DNA of 64,000 nucleotides from Chiloscyllium plagiosum (GCF_004010195.1 NC_057719.1:28757309-28821308); one strand, 5' to 3'. Numbered from the stretch's first letter, positions 38,305-51,159 are shown. The notes: generated from the letters alone by a model not told the origin. Numbers and translations: made by a program.

Positions 38305-38494
38305 ATATCAAACCTTCAGCTCAGCGAGCAAACCTACACCCTAAACCTCAACCTGAGCTACAAACCTTGCATTCATGTCATTACTATCATTGGTAATTGT
38401 ATCAGTCAAAAGATAAATTTGTGGAAAAAAATATGAAATTTGATTTATCTCGTATTTGTTCCCTCACCAAATATTGCAATCCCATGCTAGAGAT

Positions 38495-38702
38495 TGGGGT
38501 TAGCTCAGTTGGGTGGTCGGCTGGCTTGTGAAGCTGAGTGATGCCAACAGTGAGAGTTAAGGTCCAGCACGGGCATTAAGGACTCTCCTTCTCAACCTCT
38601 TCCTTCGCCTAAGGCCTGGTGACTGTCATTTTAAATCACCATCAGTCGTCTCCCTTTCCTGATAACAGTCCTCAAGTCTGGTAGGATTATGGCAAGTTTA
38701 CC
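38495..38702 (+). mobile_element. Old tRNA-derived SINE
   Basis: Head ggggttagctcagttgg (A-box) ... gatgccaacagtgagagttaa (decayed B-box), body gactctccttctcaacctc. Confidence 0.55.
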
Positions 38703-39322
38703 TAAATTACTGAACTCAACTCCCAAACCCACATCAAAACCAAGTTTGCTCACGGATTTTGAGCCAGTTACTGGAAGAGAAAACAATTTAATGAAATGAA
38801 CTCAAGTCATATATTGGGGAATGCTGCTTTCCAAGATTTAAAACCGAGCGAAAGTTGAAATTGCTGGCAACGTGTACCGTTTGATAAGTATTTATGCAGA
38901 GGAAATAAAGGGCTAATATCTCAAGTAAAAGGCTGGTTGGTTGTTTTGAGTGTCAATACCAATAAACCTAAAATGTTCAAAACACTCCAATATATCTCTA
39001 ACTGCGAAATAACAAAAAAGTTACAAAAAAAGAGCAAACCGTGTTACTGTGCAATTCCAAACCTCGTTTCACGTTTCCACCACTGTATGTTTCTTTTTCT
39101 TACTTGCATGTAGACTCAAAGCGGTTGAGACTAAAATGATGTTAATCCAGGTTCCTGTCAGCCAGGTTTAACATACTATCCAACACTCCAGCAAAGGAAA
39201 AAAGAGGAATGGCTACGATCGACATTCACGAATGAATCACTTAATTTGCAACGTACAGGGAAAAACACACAAAACTCCCATAACGTGTCCCATCATGTCC
39301 TAAGATTACAATGCATCACTCA

Positions 39323-39640
<318 letters not shown>

Positions 39641-40294
39641 TTGGAAAAAATGCTGATTTTTTTTATACTTATTATTTTCTCCAACACAGTTGGATGGTAT
39701 TTTATGTTTTCAATATAAACAGTATTGAATGCATTTATGTTTATCCACTAATAAGAGATTTATCCTATGCTGAGGGATTCTTTTGAATACTTAATTAAAT
39801 GAATTCAAATCTATTTTATAAAATTTGCACATTTCCTGCCACTGTCCAAAAGCAGAAATTGCTGGAGAAGCTCAGCAGGTCTGGTAGCAACAGTGAAGAG
39901 AAAGCAGAGATCCTTCATCAGAACAGAAATTGTTAGAAATTATACACATGAAAACATTCTGTGAAAAAAGGACAATATTTGATCAAGGATAGCAGTTACA
40001 TTTATGCATACAACATAGGGAAACATTTTGCTCAATCGACATCTGCATATCTTTTGATTCAGTGAGCTTTTATATTGGATTATTTCACACTTTATAAATA
40101 GAATCAGTTGGTTCCTGCTATATTTACATAATGTGTAAATACATACAATGATTAAATTTGCATAGCCAAACTTACTCTCCACAAAACTTATTTTTGTGTC
40201 ATAAGTTATGTCAGCACATTATGCATTGAATTTGCCTGTCAACGTTCTATCTTCATTTAGCAACCTTATTGTCTGATGGTCTACAAAGTAAGGC

Positions 40295-40553
40295 AAGGAG
40301 ACAGGTCCAAAGAAAGAACTTGAGGGGCAACCTTTTCACACAGAGGGTGGTTTGTATTGTGAAATGAACTGCCAGAGGAAGTGATAGATGCAGGTACAAT
40401 TACAACATTTAAAAGACATTTGAATAGATACATGAATAGGAAAAGTTTAGAGAGTTATGGGTTTAGGATGATGTGGACCAAACATGGGCAAGTGGGGCTA
40501 GTTTACATTGGGGAACTTTGGGTCTATTTCCGTGTTGTATGACTCTATGACTC
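40295..40553 (+). mobile_element. CR1 3' end
   Basis: gaggggcaaccttttcacacagagggtgg...gtatgactctatgactct. Confidence 0.88.
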
Positions 40554-40597
40554 TAAAATAAGCTCAGCAATGTTAAAAATGGAAAACTAAATTTACA

Positions 40598-40762
40598 ATT
40601 AGCTAAAGTTTGTGAGAAGATTTGTAGCTCGGGTGCACGTTGTTGTGGTTCTGTTCGCCCAGCTGGGAATTTGTGTTGCAGATGTTTAGTCCCCTGTCTA
40701 GGTGACATCCTCTGCTTGGGAGCCTCCTGTGAAGCGCTTCTGTGATGTTTCCTCTGGCATTT
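40598..40762 (-). mobile_element. Poseidon-like PLE terminal fragment (second subfamily)
   Basis: Reverse strand gaggatgtcacctagacaggggactaaacatctgc (degenerate hammerhead) ...cccgagctacaaatcttctcacaaact. Confidence 0.75.
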
Positions 40763-41054
40763 ATCATAGAATCCTATAACACAGAAAAATGCCATTTGGT
40801 CAATTGTGTTTATGCCGATTCTTCAAAAACGTTATCATTTAATTTCTCCCCATTCATTTTCCCTATATCCCTGAAATAATATATAGAATTCCCATTTAAA
40901 TTTTGAATCTGTTTCTTCCAACTACTCAGGCAATTAACTGGACAGCAGAACAGCTTAAGCATAAAACATTTCCATTTCTGTTCATCTATTAATTAATTTA
41001 ATTCTGTGTCCTTGTTTACTGATCTTTTGCTGTCAGAAACTATTTCACTTTTTC

Positions 41055-41265
41055 TAGATTAGATTAGATTACTTACAGTGTGGAAACAGGCCCTTTGGCC
41101 CAACAAGTCCACACCAACCTGCCGAAGCGCACCCACCCAGACCCATTCCCCTACGTTTAGCCTTGCACCTAACACTACGGGCAATTTAGCATGGCCAATT
41201 CACCTAACCTGCACATTTTTGGATTGTGGGAGGAAACCAGAGCACCCGGAGGAAACCCATGCAGA
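41055..41265 (-). mobile_element. HE1-type V-SINE, 5'-truncated
   Basis: (TAATC)n tail and V-core ggaggaaaccagagcacccggaggaaaccc. Confidence 0.9.
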
Positions 41266-41289
41266 CAATACATTATTTTTCCCCAAGAA

Positions 41290-41745
41290 TTTTGAGCATT
41301 TGGAGAAAGTATAGAGGAGATTCATCAAGATGCTACCTGGAATGAAAAACTGCAGTTGTGAGGAGAGATTGAATAGGCTAGTTTATTTTCCTTGGAGCAG
41401 AGGAGGATTTGATTGAGGTGTACAAAATTATGACAGGCATAGACAGGGTCGAATGTGAGAATAATCTCCTCATGACATATATGTCTAAAACCAGGGGGAG
41501 GTGAGGAGTAGTTTAGAGCAGATGTGAGAAAAAGGTTTTTCACCCAGAGGGTGCTAGATGTATGGAAGGTGCTGCCTCAGAGGGTAGTGGAGGCAAGTAC
41601 TCTTGCAACTTAAAATGAGTACCTAAAATGCCAAAAGCAGAGTAGGCTACGAACAAACTTCAGGTTAATAGGATTAGTGTAGTTTGATGTTATTGCTTAT
41701 CACAGACATGGTGGGCCAAAGTGCCTGTTTATGCAGTATGACTCT
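41290..41745 (+). mobile_element. Old CR1 3' end
   Basis: ttttccttggagcagaggagg...gattgaggtgtacaaaattatga...gcagtatgactcta. Confidence 0.8.
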
Positions 41746-41789
41746 ATTAATTCTATCTTTAAGGACAGTTAAGAAATATACCAGCTTCT

Positions 41790-42232
41790 CTCATGGTCAC
41801 CCAAAACTCAGCTACCTCGTTCCCAACTTGCACCAAGTCCTGTTGACTCATTATTCCTGTGATCAATTGCTTATATAAATGTTACAATTTAAAATCTTTC
41901 CAAAGACCCACACTTCTCCATCATTACAACCTCTGAAACCCTACACTCCTCCATTTTAACCTTTTCCTCATTTCTGATGTTCATCACTACATTAATGTCC
42001 ATCATGTCTTCACCAGCCTCAATGTAAGGCTTTTGAATTTGCTCCCTAAAACTCACATCCTTGCTACCTCTTTTCCTTTAAGTTTCTACATGAAATGCAT
42101 TTGGTCAGGATTTTTAGTCACCTGCTCCCATATCTCCTCATGTGACTTGATGTCAAGTTTTGTTTAAAAACATAGCTGAGGGATATTTTACTACGTTAAG
42201 AGTGTTATATGAATGCAGGTCATTGTTGTTTT
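41790..42232 (+). mobile_element. L2-type LINE 3' end
   Basis: ttttgaatttgctccctaaa...ggatattttactacgttaagagtgttatatgaatgcaggtcattgttgtt, a typical L2 tail. Confidence 0.6.
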
Positions 42233-42627
42233 CTAGTCCTCTTTACAGAACTGTATTTGTTCATCCCTGGTAGCATGCTTGTAAATTGCCTCTACGCACT
42301 CATTAAGCTTTGATGTAATTATCTCCAAAATAAGACCTTAAAATAAAATATAAAATGTTAATATATTTCACAAAAATATGAGTAACTGTATCCATAAAAA
42401 TCTACTAATTTCTTTAAGACCAACATTAAAAGTTTTACTAGAAGGCCTTAGTTAATTTCAAAATGGACTTGATATTTTTGGTCAGAGCAAAGTTAGCTAA
42501 AAACAAGTCAATGTTGAACATTTGCACTGTGTTCAGTTTCCTAGGTAGTTCAGTGGCATTTAGCTAGCCAAATTACATGTCTCAGGTTCTTTCAAATTGA
42601 CTTATTTATTTTTATGTATTATTTTAG

Positions 42628-43213
42628 GAGTCATAGAGTAAAACATGTAAACAGACCCTTCAGTCAACTCTTCCATGTTGACCAGATATCCTAAATAAAG
42701 CTAATCCCATTTGCCAGCATTTGGTCCATACCCCTCTAAACCCTTCTTATTCATATACACACCTAGATGCCTTTTAAATGGTGTAATTGTACCAGACTCC
42801 ACCACTTCCTCTGGCAGCTCATTCCATACATGCACCACCCTTTGCATGAAAGAATTGTCCCTTAGGTCCCTTTTGAATCATTCCCCTCTCACTTTAAACC
42901 TATGTCCTCCAATTCTGGACTCCCCCACCACAGGGAAAGGACCTTATCTATTCACCCTATCCATGCCACTTATGATTTTATAATTTTCTATAAGATTACC
43001 CCTCAAGCTTCGAAGCTCCAGGGAAAATAGTCCCGGCCTATTCAGTCTCTCCCTACAGCTCAAACCCTCCAATGCTAGCAACATCTTGCAAATCTTTCCT
43101 GAACCCTTTCAAGTTTCACAATGCACTTCCTATAGCATGGAGATAAGAATTGCACAGAGTCTTCTAAAATGGCTTGACCATGTCCTGTACTGCCGCAACA
43201 TGACCTTCCAATT
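42628..43213 (-). mobile_element. CR1 3' fragment
   Basis: Reverse complement of the HER1-like 3' end (cccatttgccagcatttggtccatacccctctaaacccttc). Confidence 0.9.
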
Positions 43214-43605
43214 AGCACATTTGGAGAAGATTTGTCACTCAGGTTGAGGTTTTGGATGTAGGTTTGCTCGCTGAGCTGGAAGGTTCATTTCCAGATATTT
43301 CGTCACCCTACCAAGTAACACCTTCAGTGGGGCTCCAGGCGAAGTACTGTTGATAATTCCTGCTTTCTATTTATATGTTTGGGTTTCTTTGGTTTGGTGA
43401 TGTCATTTCCTGTGGTGACATCATGATGGTGGGAAATGATGTTGCCACAGGAAATGACATCACCAAACCAAAGAAACCCAAACATATGAATAGAGAGCAG
43501 GAAGTATCAACAGTGCTTCGCTCAGAGGCCTGCTGACGATGTTGCCAAGTAGGGTGATGAAACGTCTGGAAATGAACCTTCTAGCTCAGCGAGCAAACCT
43601 ACAGC
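43214..43605. mobile_element. Non-coding Poseidon-like PLE palindrome with 15-bp TSD
   Basis: About 170-bp inverted arms around about 43425-43435; TSD catgaccttccaatt (43199-43213) / catgacctcccaatt (43606-43620); plus-strand hammerhead CUGACGA-U-GUUGCC-AAGUAG-GGUGAU-GAAA-CG-UC at 43530-43569. Confidence 0.92.
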
Positions 43606-44029
43606 CATGACCTCCCAATTTCTAGTAAAACGGAAGGAAGAATTTCAAAGAGGTTAAAATACTCTACAGTGGCTTTATATCTGTGTGTCAGAAAGTGGGG
43701 GAAAGCTTATATTACTAATTATACACTTGCAGATGTAGTTAGCTTTGAATTATAAATGCTCAAAAAAATTTAGAATGCCAATTAAGAGGAGAATGGCATA
43801 CAAATTGTGTCCTTATTGGACTTATTTCAAAAAGAAGATTGAATGGTAACTTCCACTTATTTCCTGATGGTCATCAGCTTTGTTAACAAATAGAAAATGG
43901 AAATGTTTTAATTGCTGACCCCCTGTGAAACAGACACATAACGATTGAGAAAAAGGCAGAGAAATATGAACACAGAACGACCCTCCGAAGGACCAATCAC
44001 CAAAACAGCAAGTTTAATATTTACTTCAA

Positions 44030-45573
44030 AATAGACTGGGATTGCCATAGTGTTAAGGGTTTAGATGGAAAGGAATGTGTTAAGTGTGTACAGGAAAATT
44101 TTCTGATTCAATATGTGGATGTACCTTCAAGAGAAGGTGCAAAACCTGACCTACTCTTGGGAAATAAGGCAGGGCAGGTGACTGAGGTGTCAATGGAGAG
44201 ATTAGTTTAGGGCTAGGACTGTAATTGTATTAGTTTTAAAATAGTCATGGAGAAGGATAGACCAGATCTAAAAGTTGAATCTCTAAATTGGAGGAAGGCT
44301 AACATTGATGGTATTAGGCAAGAACTTTCAAAAGCTGATTGGGGGCAGATGTTCGCAGGTAAGGGAATGACCAGAAAATGGGAAGCCTTCAGATATAAGA
44401 TAGCGAGAGTCTTATATTCTTCAGATAGTAACAGAGGATTGATGAGGGCAGAGCAGTGGATGTGATCTGTATGGACTTCAGTAAGGCTTCAACAAGGTTC
44501 CGCATGGGAGACTGGTGAGCAAGGTTAGAACTCATGGAATACAGGGAGAACTTGCCATTTGGATACAGAACTGGCTCAAAGGTAGAAGACAGAGGGTGGT
44601 GGTGGAGGGTTGTTTTTAGACTGGAGGCCTGTGACCAATGAAGTTCCACAAGGATTGGTGCTGGGTCCACTATTTTTCGTCTTAATATAAATGATTTGGA
44701 TGTGAGCATAAGAGGTATAGTTACTCCGTTTGCAGATGACACCAAAATTAGAGATGTAGTGGACAGCGAAGAAGATTACCTCAGATTACAATGGGATCTT
44801 GATCAGATGGGCCAATGTGCTGAGAAGTGGCAGATGAAGTTTAATTCAGATTAATGCGAGGTGCTGCATTTTGGGAAAGCAAATCTTAGCAGGACTCATA
44901 GATAGGGTGGGTATGCTTTTGGAAGAAGGCGTTTGGTATGCTTTCCTTTATTGGTCAGAGTATTGAGTACAGGAGTTGGGAGGTCATGTTGTGACTGTAC
45001 AGGACATTGGTTAGGCTGCTTTTGGAATACTGCATGCAATTCTGGTCTCCTTCCTATCGGAAGGATGTTGTGAAATTTCAAAGGGTTCAGAAAAGATTTA
45101 TAAGGATGTTGCCAGGGTTGGAGGATTTGAGCTATAGAGAGAGGTTAAATAGACTAGGGCTGTTTTCCCTGGGGTGTCAGAGACTGAGGGATGACCTTAC
45201 AGAGGTTTATAAAATCATGAGAGGCATGGATAGGATAAATAGACAAAGTCTCTTCCCCGGGGTGGGGATTCCAAAACTGGAGGACATAGGTTTAGGGTGA
45301 GAGGGGAAAGATATAAAAGAGACCTAAGGGGCAATGTTTTCACGCAGAGGGTGGGATGTGTATGGAATGAGCTGCCAGAGGAAGTGTGGAGGCTGGTACA
45401 ATTGCAACATTGAAAAGGCATCTGGATGGGTCTATGAATAGGAAGAGTTTGGAGGGATATGGGTCGGGTACTGACAGGTGGGAGTAGATTGGGTTGGGAT
45501 ATCTGGTTGGCATGGACGAGTTGGACTGAAGGGTCTGTTTCCATGCTGTATGTCTTTATGACTCTATGACTCT
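44030..45573 (+). mobile_element. CR1 EN-RT-3' fragments with internal deletions
   Basis: MEKDRPDLKVESLNWRKAN; DVICMDFSKA; FADDTKI; LLEYCMQFWSPSYRKDV; (ctatga)n tail. Confidence 0.93.
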
Positions 45574-45897
45574 AAAATTGTTCAACAAAGTTACAAAGCA
45601 GAGTTGCCTTTCCTCTGCTGCCTCATCTCTATATCAGGCACAGGAGTTCCTGCTCTCCTAATTCTAACAGACATCAGTGCTCCACTGGTGCGTAAAGCCC
45701 CACATTGAACAGCTGTTTTAAGAAATATCAGATTTCCCATCATAATGATACAACACCAAAGGATAAAATTTCAAAAACTCACTGAAGTAAGACCTCTAAT
45801 TCATTCTTTCCAAAATCCAGTACTAGTCCTCACTGCTACAAAGGTGCAGGAATATCCTGGTGCAATTGAATCCTTCTCCCCCAACCCATTACAAATA

Positions 45898-46648
45898 AGA
45901 TTCTGGATCAGTGGTGCTGGAAGAGCACAGCAATTCAGGCAGTATCCGACGAGCAGCAAAATAGACGTTTTGGGCAAAAGCCCTTCATCAGGATTAAAGG
46001 CAGAGAGCCTGAAGCGTGGAGAGATAAACTAGAGGAGGGTGGGCTTGGGGAGAAAGTAGCATAGAGTACAATAGGTGAGTGGGGGAGGAGATGAAGGTGA
46101 TAGGTCAGGGAGGAGAGGGTGGAGTGGATAGGTGGAAAAGGAGCTAGGCAGGTCGGACAAGTCCAGACAAGTCAAGGGGACAATGCGGAGCTAGAAGTTT
46201 GAAACTAGGATGAGGTGGGGGAAGGGGAAATGAGGAAGCTGTTGAAGTCCACATTGATGCCCTGGGGTTGAAGTGTTCCGAGGCGGAAGATGAGGCGTTC
46301 TTCTTCCAGGCGTCTGGTGGTGAGGGAGCGGCAGTGAAGGAGGCCCAGGACCTCCATGTCCTCGGCAGAGTGGGAGGGGGAGTTGAAATGTTGGGCCACG
46401 GGGCGGTTTGGTTGATTGTTGCGGGTGTCTCGGAGATGTTCCCGAAAGCGCTCTGCTAGGAGGCGCCCAGTCTCCCCAATGTAGAGGAGACCGCATTGGG
46501 AACAACGGATACAATAAATGATATTAGTGGATGTGCAGGTAAAACTTTGATGGATGTGGAAGGCTCCTTTAGGCCCTTGGATAGAGGTGAGGGAGGAGGT
46601 GTGGGCACAGGTTTTACAGTTCCTGCGGTGGCAGGGGAAAGTGCCAAG
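45898..46648 (-). mobile_element. PLE (Neptune-like, family C) 3' end
   Basis: AQHFNSPSHSAEDMEVLGLL...RRLEEERLIFRLGTLQPQGINVDF; YCIRCSQCGLLYIGET (GIY-YIG); hammerhead CUGAUGA-A-GGGC-UUUU-GCCC-AAAA-CG-UC at about 45961-45995 (minus). Confidence 0.92.
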
Positions 46649-46711
46649 ATGACCTCATTACAAATAAGAGTCAATTTATCTCCAACTCATACATATACAT
46701 CAGAAAAGCCA

Positions 46712-47625
46712 AAAGTACTGCTGTTGCTGGAAGTCAGAAGCAAAAACAAATTGCTGGAAAGGCTCAGAAGGTCTGGCAGTACCTGTGGAGAGAAATCAGA
46801 GTTAATATTTCAGATTCACTGACCCTCAGAACTGACGGTAGCTCGGCAGAAGTTGGTTTTATGCAGCAGATTGTGTGAGGAGAGGGGATAAGGAGTAAAC
46901 ATTAGGTGGAAATAGAGCTCAAAGAGAGAGAAGAACACTTGGACAGACAAAGGAGTGGATAATGATCAGCTTGGGAGAATGAATAGCTATTAGAGGACAA
47001 TTAGTGGCAAACGATGGGCTGTGTGTAATTGCAGACCATATGATAACAAGGTCTAGTGTGCAGGAGCTGAGGTGAGGACATGGAGGAAGGTGCCTCAAGC
47101 AGAAAAACTCAATATTGAGTCCAAAAGGTTGTAGCGTTCCTTAGCAGAGGTGGGCTGCTGTTCTTCCAGCTTTGCTGGGGCACTGAAGCAAGCCTGAGTC
47201 AGAGATGTTGGCTAGGGAACACAGTGGTGTGTTGAAGTGGCAGGAAGCTGGAAGCTCAGGGTCTTTTTTGCTGACAGAATGTAGGTGTTCTGCAAAACAG
47301 TCCCAGTATATGTTTAATTTCCGCAGTGTAGAGGAGGCCACATTGTGAACAGCAGATGTAGTAGACTAGATTGAGTGATACTTTACTTGGAGGGTGTGAA
47401 TGGGCCCTTGTATACTTAGGAGGGAGGAAGTGAACTGGCAAGTGTTCTTTGTGGTTGCAGGGTAAAGTATCATGGGGCTGTGGGGGTTGTTGGGAGTGAA
47501 GGAGCAGTGGACCAGGGTGTCCTGGAGGCAACAGTTCTTGCGGAAGACTGAGAGGGGAGGGGCATATATGTCTGCTGGTGGCAGCCAGCTGGAGACAGTG
47601 GACATGGTGGCTAATGATCCTCTGC
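46712..47625 (-). mobile_element. PLE (family D) 3' GIY-YIG end
   Basis: NLVYYICCSQCGLLYTAE; CFAEHLHSV...PASCHFN; terminus aaattgctggaaaggctcagaaggtctggcag matches the family D fold-backs. Confidence 0.85.
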
Positions 47626-47696
47626 ATTTACATATATATACTGTCTCAAGTGACTTCTCATCTTGAAGACCAGTGAAGGATAAAAGTTAACAATAC

Positions 47697-47998
47697 TGTC
47701 ACAGTGGATCAGTGGTTAGCATTTTGCCTGACAGTGCCAAGGACTCAGATTTGATTCCAGCCTCTGGTGACTGTCTGTGTAGAATCTGCATATTCTTCCT
47801 GTGTCAGTGTGGGTTTCCCCCACGTGCTCTGGTTTCCTCCGCCAGTCCAGATATGTGCAGATTATGTGAATTTGCCATTCTAAATTGTGTTAGGTGCATT
47901 AGTCAGAGGGAAATGGGTCTGGGCAGATTACTGTTTGAAGGGTCAGTGTGGAAGTGTTGGGCTGAAGGGCCTGTTTCCACACTGGAGGGAATCTAATC
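47697..47998 (+). mobile_element. HE1-type V-SINE
   Basis: cagtggttagca head, V-core, tail gggctgaagggcctgtttccacactg. Confidence 0.85.
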
Positions 47999-48341
47999 AA
48001 TTGCACTGATATTTAAAACAAAGAACTAGTATTTATGATTTTAACAGACAATGGATAGAATAATGCAATTAAATGCCCAATCAGTAGTAATCCCAGGATT
48101 CAATTTAATAAAAATATTTAATGTAATTTAATTATTGCCAGAAAAGAGAAATGAAGTCAAAGCATCAGAGCTAAAACATAGGAAAACTGACTTTGGAAAG
48201 AAAACAATTTATATAGCAGGCTGCTGATTGTTTGAGTTGATATGGAATGCAGCAGGAACTGTTAACTGTCAATCTTACTTAACTGATTAAAGCTAAACTC
48301 TGGATTCAAACTAGCTTAAACTAAGCAAATCAACCCTGGAT

Positions 48342-48598
48342 AAAAGCAAATTAGTGCGGATGCTGGAATCTGAAACCAAAAGAGAAAATACTGGAAATTC
48401 TCAGCAGGTCTGGCAGCATCTGTAAGGAGAGCAAAGAGCTGACGTTTTGAGTCTAACTGACCCTTTGTCAAAGCTATAAAAAGGGAGAGATAGGGAGGCA
48501 TTTATACTAGGCCCTTTGTCAAAGGGTCAGTTAGTCTCGAAACGTCAGCTCTTTGCTCTCCTTACAGATGCTGCCAGACCTGCTGAGATTTTCCAGCA
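48342..48598. mobile_element. PLE-derived fold-back element (young, near-perfect arms)
   Basis: ctggaaattctcagcaggtctggcagcatctgtaaggagagcaaagagctgacgttttgagtctaactgaccctttg / caaagggtcagttagtctcgaaacgtcagctctttgctctccttacagatgctgccagacctgctgagattttccag. Confidence 0.85.
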
Positions 48599-49244
48599 AA
48601 TCAACACTGGTTGGTTCGGGAGTTGCCATGGGTAAGCAGCTGGGATTGACTCTCTCTCTCGACTTTTCTTCAGTGAAAAGATACAATTTGTGAAAACATT
48701 CTTTTTGCCTATGAATAAATGTAACTTCTCACACACACAAAAGAATTACATTGCAGCCAGACCAATAGTCTTATGTAAGACACTGGTTCAATTCTTAGCA
48801 TATTGGCGATTGTTTATTAATTGTTGTCTAAAAGCAGAATTACATTCAATGTTGGCCCAGAATTTTGCAAGCACTACTAGTTGAATGCAGTCAGCTGGTT
48901 GCCCACATCAGACAGTCAAAGGATCCTGCTATTTGATACAATCTGCTAGGTATTGGGAAGTTTGGCCTGCATACTTGGCATCACACTGGCACTGAAACTC
49001 ATTTGCCACATTAAACATTTGTGTGGTGGGCAGAATGTCTTTGTGGTTTACAGTAGCATCCTGTTTGTGGAGAACACCATGCATGTTTGCTGTAAAGTAG
49101 CAATACAAGACAGCTAGCTGTACCTGTTGTCCAAATTAATTAGGCATCTTAGGTCGAAATGGCACCTTTCAGGATTAAAAAGGATGGCCGTCCATGTATT
49201 TGTACTATATACAGTGAAAAGATCAGGTAGTATTATCACACATT

Positions 49245-49569
49245 TAGAATTCCTACAGTGTGGAAATAGGCCCTTCTGCCCAAGTCCACACCAACCCTCC
49301 GAAGCGTAACGCACCCAGACCTATTCCCCTACCCTATATTTACCCCTGACTAATGCACCTAACACTATGGGAAATTTAGCATGACCAATTCACCTGACCC
49401 ACACATCTTTGGACTGAGGGAGGAAACTGGAGCACTTGACAGGAACCCATGCAGACAGAGGGAGAATGTGCAAACTCCATACTGACAGTCAGTCCCCAGG
49501 CGGGAATCAAACCCAGATTCCTGGCACTGTGAGGCAGCAGTGCTAACCACTGAGCCACCATGCCACCCC
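49245..49569 (-). mobile_element. HE1-type V-SINE
   Basis: Reverse head ggtggcatggtggctcagtggttagcactgctgcctcacag; V-core. Confidence 0.9.
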
Positions 49570-51159
49570 TAGTTTTGTTTGATATGCTTTTTAGTTTTGA
49601 TATACTCTGTCTCAGCACCAAGCATATATATTGAGTAGATGGTGATGCCCAAGTTTGCCTATTCATGAAGAATAAAATGTAATTTACAGTCATTGCAAAT
49701 CACTGGGACTCATTTTATTCCCTAGAAGATATAAACACCATGCCACATTCCAGGATGTCACATCATGATTACCTTTCCACAGGAAGGATTTGGATTATTT
49801 TAAAATGTAGTAAATTATACAAATCAAAAAATTGATTAGAGTCAAAAGGAATTAAAATGGTATTCAGTTAACTTTAACATTGTTTCCTAATAGAATGTAT
49901 AAAACAATCTGTTAAATAAACTCAACAACTGAAAAATAAACTATGGACATTAGGTTAGAAATTCTTCAATCCTATTGGCTGTGAACAAGAGAGGCTTTCA
50001 TTTCAAACAGAATGGTTTGAAACAGCAAGAGGCAGTAGTGAAAATGGAAAACAGTTAAGTTTAGCAAACAGGTTAAATCAAATAAAGCATGGTATTCTCA
50101 TCATATTTGTATTATCATGCAAAGAAGTGGTATCAATTGGATTAGCCAAAAACTGTTAAACCATAAATTTGACCACTGTGAAATAAGGTAGTTTAATTAT
50201 TCATATTAAGCCTTGTACCACAAAATATCTTTCAGTCCACTGTCCCTGCCAAACATTCCAGCCTGAATTATGCAAATATGAATCAACTCCCAACAAAGTA
50301 AAATAATCAGTTCTTTCACAGAAGCCACTGCATTCAAGGAGGTCTGTATGACACAGATTTGTGACAGGCCTATTCTGAAAAAATATAACTTTCTGCAATT
50401 CATTATAACTAATTCCATGCAGTTACATGAAAAATCTATTTGGGATTGTATAAACACATTGGTCCCCCCATGCCTGTCTGCTGCCTTTATGATCAGGTCA
50501 CGTGCTTGTCATCAAATCACATTTCAATCTCTTTTATAATCTTTCCAAAACACCCACTTTTTGTTGGTCATTATGCCCAGATGAGGGAAAGGCATAATTT
50601 GTCTTCATCATCTACCTTTTTTTTCAAATTATTTGGAGAAAGCTTACAGGGTATATATAATAAGTTTAATTGGGGTGAAGTTTACTAAGAGTGAGAGTTT
50701 AGCTAGGTTGTCTGCAGGTGTGTGAAAAGGGGACAAAGAAAAAGCTTTTCATTGTCTCTTTTCCATAATTGTAGATTGTACTGATTATACAGCTGCTGCA
50801 GATTTTGTTTATATTTGGATACTAAACAATCTGTTATTTACTTTTTCCAATGGAAAAGTCAAATGTTGTCTCAACTAAATATTTAAAGCTATATTTTCAC
50901 TTTGATGCATGTCAAGTTGAAACACAGAGAGACAAGACTTACTTTATCATGCCACCTGCCCAGTGTTGTCATTCTGAAGTTTTCTCTATAATGACAGGCA
51001 AACTTGTTTTAAATTTAATTGGTGGAAAGCCTGTCAATTGGAGGATGGGGAATCCAGCAGGGCCTCTCCCTATTTAAAGACTGAATGCACCAATTAATGT
51101 GAGGTGGCATTCAACTACTGTAATTCTGTGCTGGCAATGAAAGGATTTGGTACTTTTCC

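Larger units (their letters stand above)
37185..38370. mobile_element. Poseidon-like PLE fold-back element spanning an assembly gap
   Basis: 37187-37445 is the reverse complement of about 38074-38343 (both ORF tracks read CQRIPRGLALQPQRHK). Confidence 0.9.
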
